Shown here in pieces: positions 52,301 through 61,300 of a stretch of DNA of 64,000 bases. The DNA lies in the NCBI GenBank assembly GCA_964016885.1, contig OZ024743.1, positions 93,868,001 through 93,932,000 of the forward strand. The letters are read 5' to 3'. Under the pieces are notes generated by a model. It saw only the letters and a program-made list of their open reading frames with translations, was not told where the DNA came from and searched no databases. The first letter of the stretch is position 1. Every line of letters starts with the position of its first letter. Source of the DNA: Eledone cirrhosa (lineage: Eukaryota). The translations under genes were made by a program, and so were the position numbers.

Positions 52301-55300
52301 CTACCACCCTGCTAAAGTGGCGACTACTCAATAACCAATACTGTTAAAGTCTAAAGTGGTGACCGACGTAAGAATTTAACGCAGCCCTTCTTATTCATTC
52401 AGTTTAACTTTTGTTGCCACGTCGCAACTTGCGAAAATCCAGAATATTCCTTTTAAGATTTTTGAAAAATTAGCAGTATTTCAAAAACTTTTTCGCCACG
52501 AAAAAATTTCAAGATGGCTACCGACATGTCATGGCTACGCTTGACAACAACAATGACAGCAGCAGCGACAGCGTTGTTTAACCACTGACCAATACAGGGA
52601 ACAGTGAGTGGCAGCTTCATAACCTTACCGACGCCAACCACCACACATCGGAAATTTCGAAACGGCTTGTAACTTTACCGACGCAACCACCATACCTTCT
52701 GTCCCGTTACCACAGGGACGCGAGAAATTGAGACAGTAGTTTTCTCACCATTATGGCGTCAGACGTGACTGCCATATTTGGTGACTCCTACTCTACAGAA
52801 GATTCTTTGACATTACTTTAACAATAAGCAACACTACCGTGTGGCGGGACGGTAAAATGGCCACAAAATCTCACAAAAACACCATACATCTAACCCCTAA
52901 CGGCAGTAACAAACTTCTTTTTCAGTTTTCAGATAGAACTAGTGTCTGTACACTGGTGATGTGTGAACTATTTGACTTTGAAAAACTTTGAACTTATTGA
53001 GCAATTTCTCTGCTCTCCTAGATTGACTTTGAATTATCAGTTTGTTACATTCACATATTTCTTTGTAGAATGCATTTACTTGTTTTGTGCTCTTTTGCTA
53101 TTTGCTTGCTCATGGTTTTTGTTTATTCACATTCTTTGCTGTTTTACATGCCTGCATATGCACACATTTTTTTTATCACACACCAACATGTTGTTCTTGG
53201 TATATGTTCTTCAAACGTAATATTCTGCGAGTCCCTTTTCACCTGGTTGAGATGCTAGCAGCTCACAGAGCTTAATCCACGGGATTCAAACAGTCACCGC
53301 AACACGAGAATACTAATTGCAGCTGAACTCAAACAGCTTCGCATCTCGTTGCACACTGATCGTCCATGACGGCCATCCGTATTGTTGTTTTTGCCCGACT
53401 CGCTGGGAGAGCAACAAATTGAACTGGACTTGTTAGCATTTCGGCCACTTCTGTGGATTCACCCGAATTATGGAATTTACACTGCAACCCACCTACAGAT
53501 TAAACTTGCCTTTTTTTCTTTACAAAGCAACCAGCCATTTTTTCCTGGTGGAGCACATTCGACAATACATCTGGGGGCCATCATTTTCTCGCCAGCACTG
53601 GTAAACTACCATAATAGCTTCGTTCACAGCTACTGGTACAACGCTAACCATTAACATTTAATGCAAGAACAGCAACTCCGCCCATGTCAGACTTTATCCG
53701 TTTTTTGTTAGACCTTTGGCGGTCACGTATAAACAACAAAACAACTGGTCATTTGACACAGCGGCTCAACACGGCCCGTAGCGCCTAATTTTTTGTTCTT
53801 GCATGCAACCTTCTGCTCAATTATTTTTTCACTGATGTGCTCTTTCAGCATTTGTTCTTGCTGATTTAATAATATGTGGGTCCTTGGTTTCTTCGTTATT
53901 GATTTTCGGCTGAAAATCTGGTTGGAGGTGATGTAGTGACCTACATTCCGCGGGCTCACATACATTCTCTGTGCGTGATTTGGCTCAGTTCAGCCAATCA
54001 GCGCCAGTAGAAGAGGATGTATCCCTACGCGCCCTGAGGAAGAAATTCCCCGCGAAGATTTGAAGAATCTCTAGCTTGTACCAGAAACTTCGAGCCAGCA
54101 ACACGCATAATGTAGCAGTGAGATATTGCACCCCTAGCCTCGCCGGCTTAACGGCGCAATGGCACATTCCCTTTTGTAACCTCTTTTTATCTGTAACTTC
54201 AACCATATAAATAAACAAACATTTCATCTCTAATTACTGCGGTTGAAGTCGTTGTTATGTTACTCGTGTCTCAATGACATCTTTAATCCATGCTGCTGGA
54301 ATTGGCGACCTGACGAAAGGAATATTGTAAATAGATGGTAAATAGATCGAGGGACCTTCCCTCACGTCTATGTCAACAAGATAATCCAACGAGGATACTA
54401 TCACTTACCACACTGGCAACTAACGACCACTGATTCTACCACCCTGCTAAAGTGGCGATAACATCTATAACTAATACTGCTAAAATTGTTAAAGAAAAAT
54501 TAATGACAAAATATAAATATATTTAAAAGAATGAGGCCCCTGAAGGTGTGTGTGGCCCTGTGCTATAGCTTATTTAGCTTATAGGTAAGTACAACACTAA
54601 CTACAGCTGTAAAGGTAGCTATCTAGATTACCTGGGTTCTGTACAGTTTTTCCACCATATTGCACCACAAGTTTCTCTAGTTCAGCCTTGCTACAATGTT
54701 TTGGTCCATTCACAGTACAGATGTCCATTTGAGCAAATATGTTGTGTACCTAGCAACAGAACAAATATTAGATTAATTAATGATGGACTGTGGTTGGTAA
54801 TAAACTAGGGTTGGAGGTGGATAAAAGCTGTCATGAAATGAAGTGCTTGATGGTATATGGAGGACACTGGTAGATAAGGATATTGGTAAAGTGATTACAA
54901 CGCATACACCCCATACCTCCTCCCCACACACGCTTCTAGCTGCCGTCCTCTTGTGAAGTGGTTGGTGATGGGGAGGGCAGCTAGCAGTGAAGGGCCTGCC
55001 AAACAAAGTGTTGGGAGGACCCTTCAGTCACGCCAACGCTTGACAGCCTTCTTAGTGTTCGGTGATCTACATGATAAATGCACCCAGTACATGCTGTAAA
55101 GTGGTTGGTGATAGGAAGAGCATACAGTCATAGAAAACTTGCTAAACAAAGGGTTAGGGAACCCTCAGTCATGTCAAAGTCTTAACTACCTCCCCTTTGC
55201 ATGACTGTACATAAGTGATAAGATCCCTGGCTTGTCTGGTAGATTAGTAGCCACTGCTTCAGTACTGACTTGGTCCATATAGACTCGTCCAACCCTTGCG

Positions 55301-58300
55301 AGCAGGGAAAGCAGACATTAAAACGATGATGATGATGTTGATTAGAGCTAGTTAAGTAAGTACCATCAAACGGTATGATTACTAGTTAAGGGTAGCTGAA
55401 AATTGTATTTGACGAAGGATTTAAACAATTATTGAAGCAAATGTCTCCTAAACTTTGAAAAGTCTACACTGACAGCTAGTGTTTAGCTCTGGTTTTCTAG
55501 CATAAAACAGGTGACAAGTAAATAAAGTATTCCTTGAAGCTGCTGTTGCTGCTGATGATGATGATGGTGGTGGTGGTGGTGATGATGATGATGATGGTAG
55601 TGGTGGTGGGGATGATGATGATGATAATGGTAGTGGTGTTGATGATGATAATGGTAGTGGTGTTGATGTTGATGATGGTGGTGGTGGTGATGATGATGAT
55701 GATGATGAAATATTGCCAAAGGCAATAACAGAGGTTATGTTGTTAGCAGTAGGAGTTGAAGTTACTAGATGTAATGGAAATTACTGCAATGATTGTTCTG
55801 ACTCACCAGTTTCACGTTGGACGTATCAGAAGCTTTGAATTTCTCCATCACTCCTTTTTTCTCTACCTTTGGTGTCACTGCCTTCTTTTTCTTCACAGGT
55901 GATTCATCATAGTTCTCGTTCAATTTATTGGATAGCTTGCCTCCTGATTTCTGGAATATACCAAAGAACAAATCAATCAATGTATGCATGGTCCCATAAT
56001 TCCCAGAGATGTAAGGGTGCTGTATTGACATACGGTGTATTAAGGGTATTTTTAAACCTGGCAGAACTCATCTCCTATCTGAGCCTGAGTACAACAGATA
56101 TCTTTCAGAGAAAGATAGAGAGTGAGAGAATGGAAGAGAAATTTAGAAGAAGAATAAACTCCAGTACTAGATTGGTACTTTTTTTATCAACCTTGAATGG
56201 ATGAAAAGCAAAGTTAACTATGACAGGATTTAAACTCAGAAAGCAGAGAACCAAAACGAATACCACAAAGCATTCTAGCTGATGCTCTAACGACTCTGCC
56301 AATTTGCCGCCTATAAATTAAAAAGAAAGCTCAAATAGTAAAATGTTATCTGTTTTACAAAATTATAGATTAGAAGTGTATAATGGATGGAAATGTCTCT
56401 AAGCTGGATTTTCATAAGGAACATGTTAACTGCTCTGGGCAATTTATAATTAATAAGAAGCACTGGGAAATATTTTTCTATACATGTGTGTTAAACATAA
56501 TTTATCCTAGAAATACAGTTACCTGATTCAGATCTTCCAACTTGTCATACATTCAAACCAAGAAATATGGTAACCTGTTTAAGGCTTTTAAAGTCCCTAG
56601 TTGTCATACACTCAAACCTAGAAATATAGTTACCTGCTTCAGATCTTCCAAGTCCCTAGTTGTCATACACTCAAACCAAGACTTATCATCCCGAATCTTC
56701 TCTACCCGAGGGAAACGGAGAGTACAACCAGTTTGAAATTTGTCACTTGATACAATTTCTGCTGCTTTTACCTGTTGAATACAAACAGACAACAAAATAC
56801 ATAATGATTATTGAGATCAATGAAGGAATTAAATATAAAATGAATTATTCACAAAACCCCAAACAATAGGAAAGTGTTCCTATTGAGATAACTCAACCCT
56901 GCTGGTATAGTAGAGAGCTCTTCATTCAACCCTGCTGGTATAGTAGAGAGCTCTTCATTCCACCCTGCTGATGTAAAGAGCCGTTCATTCAACCCTGCTG
57001 ATGCAGTAGAGAACTCTTCACTTAACCCTGTTGATGTAATAGAGAGCTTCCCATTCAACCCTGCTGATGCAGTAAAGAGCTCTTCATTCCACCTGCTCAT
57101 GTAGTTGAGAGCTCAGCCAGGCAGCTCATGTAGTAGAGAATTAAAAAAAACCTACTAATATACAGAGCTGTTCAATTCTATACTATAAAAATATGTGATA
57201 CCACAATAAGTATTATAAAGTAACCAATACAGCATTCTACTTCTTGCCTCATTACCACCTACCACCACCTTCACTATATAGTATAAAACTACCAGGTATC
57301 ACACTAAATACTGTCAAACTGCTGGTCAAACATCTAATGCATCAAGACAGCCACAGCACAGTAACTATCCTTCAAAATCTGCTCACCTGTACAATACATG
57401 ATTTAGAAGGTTCGATCCAAACACAGGGTTTCTCTTTGAATCCGGGTGCCAACACAATAGAATGGGGTGGCTTTTCAGTACGGCTAGATTTCCAATGTTT
57501 CGACAACTTTGCATTGAGTTCAGTTAATTCATTTTTCGTATATCCTGATCCAACCTATAAAGGATAAGAAAAAATAGAGAGGAAAAATTATCAATTAACA
57601 TTGAAATACCCGATAGAGTGCGTAGATCAGAGAGTCACCTCAGGTAGAGCTGCTATTTTTCTGAATTGAGAGATCACAGCTCCGATAATATGTACACATG
57701 GTTAGAATATCTCAGGAAAGAATCGCTGGACAAATTTTACAGGCAAAAACCAACTGACAGTAGAACCAGGGGTATGTTACCATTGGGGTATGTTATCAGG
57801 TATACTATTCAGAGTGTCTGAACTACTTAAAACCAAGAAATTAGAGTGAGACATTTACATCTAAATCTAAATGCCAGGAAGGTCAAAATCAGGTTCACTT
57901 ATCATTGTCGCTTTTATGTTCACTTTTCCATGCTTGCATGGGTTGGACAGGTCCTTCTCAGCACAGCATCTCTCCATACGTTGTGATCCTTTGTCATCGC
58001 CTGTGAGTTTCAGTGATTTGAGGTCTGCTCTCACAACCTCTGCCCAGGTCTTTCTTGGTCTACCTCTACCATGGCTTCCTTGCACTAGGATTTCCTGGCA
58101 TTTCTTTACCCAGCAGTCATTTTATCCATGCACATCACATATCCAAACCAACAGAGTCTTCTCTCCTGCACACCACCTCAGATTCCTCTTAAACCCAGCT
58201 TCTCCTTCAACTCATCCAAGCTCTGTATTTCTCTCACACTTATATTGCACATCCAAAAGAACATGGTTCTTTCATTTCTCTCCAGTCCAAGTATGTCCTC

Positions 58301-61300
58301 CACAGCCACAGCCCATGTTTCACTACCATACAGCATCACACTTCATACGCAGGCATCATACAGTTGTCCTTTTGTACATATATGTAAATATGGAAATGTT
58401 TAAATAATAAGTAAAAAGATAAAATAGGAAATATAAAAAGCTGTACCTTGCAGAAAGAATGGAATGAATTAGGCTTTCTGCCATCTTCAGATGGCTTTGC
58501 AAGAGCAAGGAGGAAGTGAGAGATTAATCCAGACCTGTATCCTGTACCTCTGTAACCACCAATAATCAATAGGTCAAGCTGGTCCATCAGTTCGTCAACA
58601 TACTCTGGTTTTAACTTGAACCATCCTGCTCGGCGAGCATTAGGCCGATATACTGACTCACAGTCCTTTACCATTATTCCTTCTTCTCGGTCATCAATTG
58701 CCTTGTTCAAAGCTTCAATGCAGTCAGTCCTGGAGGAGGAAAAATATATTTTCAAGTGGTAAGAAAATCTCAGGAGAGCTGGACAGCGGGAGGCTTTCAG
58801 AGAAGAAATCCTCCTCAAGCAAGTGTTTCAGTCACATTCTAAGGGGGCTGGGCCATGTCCATGTCATGACTCCTGGGTGCCCTACTACTGACATTAAGGG
58901 AACTATATATAATAACAGTAGGTGAAACACAGTACAGTTCCTTCTCGTCAGTCGACCGCTGGAGGTCTTCACGGTTTTGGTGCTTTAACCCATTAGCATT
59001 TAAACTGGCCGAATATTCAAACATCTTTCTGTTCAAACTGGTTGCTCATACTGATGTTAAGGTATTGTTTTCAAAATAAATAATATCAAAATCTCATAGA
59101 TTGGATATTATGTGAGATATTATGTGAGGTAAAGCCTTTACCATGAAAATATAATAATAAATATAGAGTAATGTAAATTCTAAAGGGTTAAGTAGAGCTG
59201 ACTGGGGCAATTTGACAACCACAACAACAAAAACCACTAGAATAATTCTGTACTTACTTAGTTATACATTGTGTATAGTGGCTGATCTGTATTCTACCTT
59301 TGATGGGAGCAATGGTCTCTCGTATATATGGGAGACGTTTTGTGATTGGTAGGTTTGTCAAGACTTTCTTGTTATACAGTAGAATATCAAAGACTATGAA
59401 ACAAGGACAGTAATCACCACTGTCAGTTGATTTGATATCATAATGATTGGCTTTGGTTCCTGTAACAAGTGAGAAATGTCAATGTCTTTTAACGTAATGA
59501 TTCATATAGGTAGATGTGTGTTTGTGTATAATTTAAAAACACACATATACCTATATGAAAACATATACAAACACATACACACACATCATAAAAACATATA
59601 CAAACAGATATATACCTACACGAAAACATACAAACACATATACACCTATATGAATACATATACACACATACGTACACCTATATAACATATAATGTGTTTG
59701 CATATGATTTCATATAGGTGTATGTGTGTTGTATATGTTTCTATATAGGTACATGTGTGTTTGTATATGTTTCTATATAGGTATATGTGTGTTTGTATAG
59801 GTGATGGAGGCACATGGCTTAGTGGTTAGAGCATTGGCCTTGCAATCGAAAGGTTGTGAGTTCAATTCTCAGACCGGGTGATGCGTTGTTTCCTTGAGCA
59901 AGACACTTTATTTCACATTGCTCCAGTTTACTCAGCTGTAGAAATGAGATGATAGGACTGGGATCCCTATCATTCCACTGCAAAGTGGTTGTGGAGGTGC
60001 CACAGCAAAAAAGCACCCAGCACTCACTGTAAATGAGGTTGGTGTTAGGAAGGGCATCCAGCTGTAGAAATCAAGCCAGAATCAGTTCCTGTCCCACCCC
60101 TGCAAGCAGGGATAAGCGGACGTAAAATGATGATGATGATGATGATATGTGTGTTTGTATATGTTTTTATGTGTGTGGTTGTATGTGCGCGTCTTTTCCC
60201 AATCTCCCTGTCTCCCTTTAGTGTGTGCGTCCAATTTAAAGTAGGTATACCATACCTCTGCATGCTATAAGAGGTGACTAAAAGAGTTGGCACCGGGAAG
60301 GGCATCTGACCATAAAACAATGTCACAAAATGGACCTCAAGACATAATGTAATGGGAACTATATTTTCTAATGTGTCTTCTTTTTTTTTACAATGGTAGA
60401 GTGTGATTTGGTTCATCATTCATCATCATTTCATTTTACGTCCACTTTTTCCCTGCTTGCAAGGGTGGGATGGGAACTGATTCTGGCTTGATTTCTACAG
60501 CTGGATCCCCTTCCTAACACCAACCTCATTTACAGTGAGTGCTGGGTGCTTTTTTGCCATGGCGCCTCCAGTCCCTCTCATCTCATTTCTACAGCTGAGT
60601 AAACTGGAGCAATGTGAAATAAAGTGTCTTGCTCAAGGAAACAACACATCACCCGGTCTGAGAATTGAACTCACAACCTTTCGATTGCAAGGCCAATGCT
60701 CTAACCACTAAGCCATGTGCCTCCTATTAGCTTGATATATATGTGTATATGTAAGGCAATGTATGTGTATGCATGTATCAGTGTGAGTACACTATGTATG
60801 TGTGTTAGGAAACAGTGCTTTCAGTTAAATTGAAAAACTTACCAAACTCGCCAGTGTTCCAGTTGTATCCAAGCATTTCTCCATCTAAAATGCAGGAATG
60901 GACATCAGGGAGAAAGCTCTGATGAATGTATTGTGTGATGGTTCCTAGGGAAGGAGATATTCCGAATGTCTTTGTGTAGTTGTGTCCACTGGAAAGGAGA
61001 AAAGGGAAATACAGAAAACCTATGTGACTATTTCCTGGCAATGGTAGTAATAATAGTTGTGGTAGATGTAAGTTAATTATATATACCTCTCTCTCCTCCC
61101 ACTTCTCAACATACATTCTACAATTTTCTCAGAGAGGAAATCCCTTTGTTGATGATATATATGGTATGTAGAAAGAAACTCCCTATTTAAAATTGTTAAT
61201 AACTTTATTAATTGTTGGTCCATTTTCATACATATTTTATTTGGAACAGTATAATGGTAGAAGTACAGTACAATGTTAAAATTCTACATAGGCGCCAGTG

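Larger units (their letters stand above)
45392..54484 (+). mobile_element. Tandem array of a non-autonomous LTR retrotransposon (5 LTRs, 4 internal regions; 2135-bp period)
   Basis: LTR starts TGTAGT at 45392, 47527, 49662, 51797 and 53932. PPT-like CTGGTTGGAGGTGA precedes each internal LTR. PBS-like TGGTGACCGACGT at 45952, AATAAA at 45670, and ATTG on both flanks (45388-45391 / 54485-54488). Confidence 0.85.
45343..54599. mobile_element. hAT-type MITE (~160 bp) split by the LTR array
   Basis: 8-bp TSD ACTACAGC (45335-45342, 54600-54607); degenerate TIRs CAGAGTTGGATTT / reverse complement TAGTGTTGTACTT. Confidence 0.7.

Noticed and set aside
55483-55728. Poly-His/poly-Met ORFs and similar YI/CV/T-rich ORFs elsewhere
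   Set aside because: Translations of microsatellites.
56849-57100. ORF with an 11-aa repeat
   Set aside because: Product of the 33-bp intronic minisatellite; flanking LIG4 exons join in phase without it.
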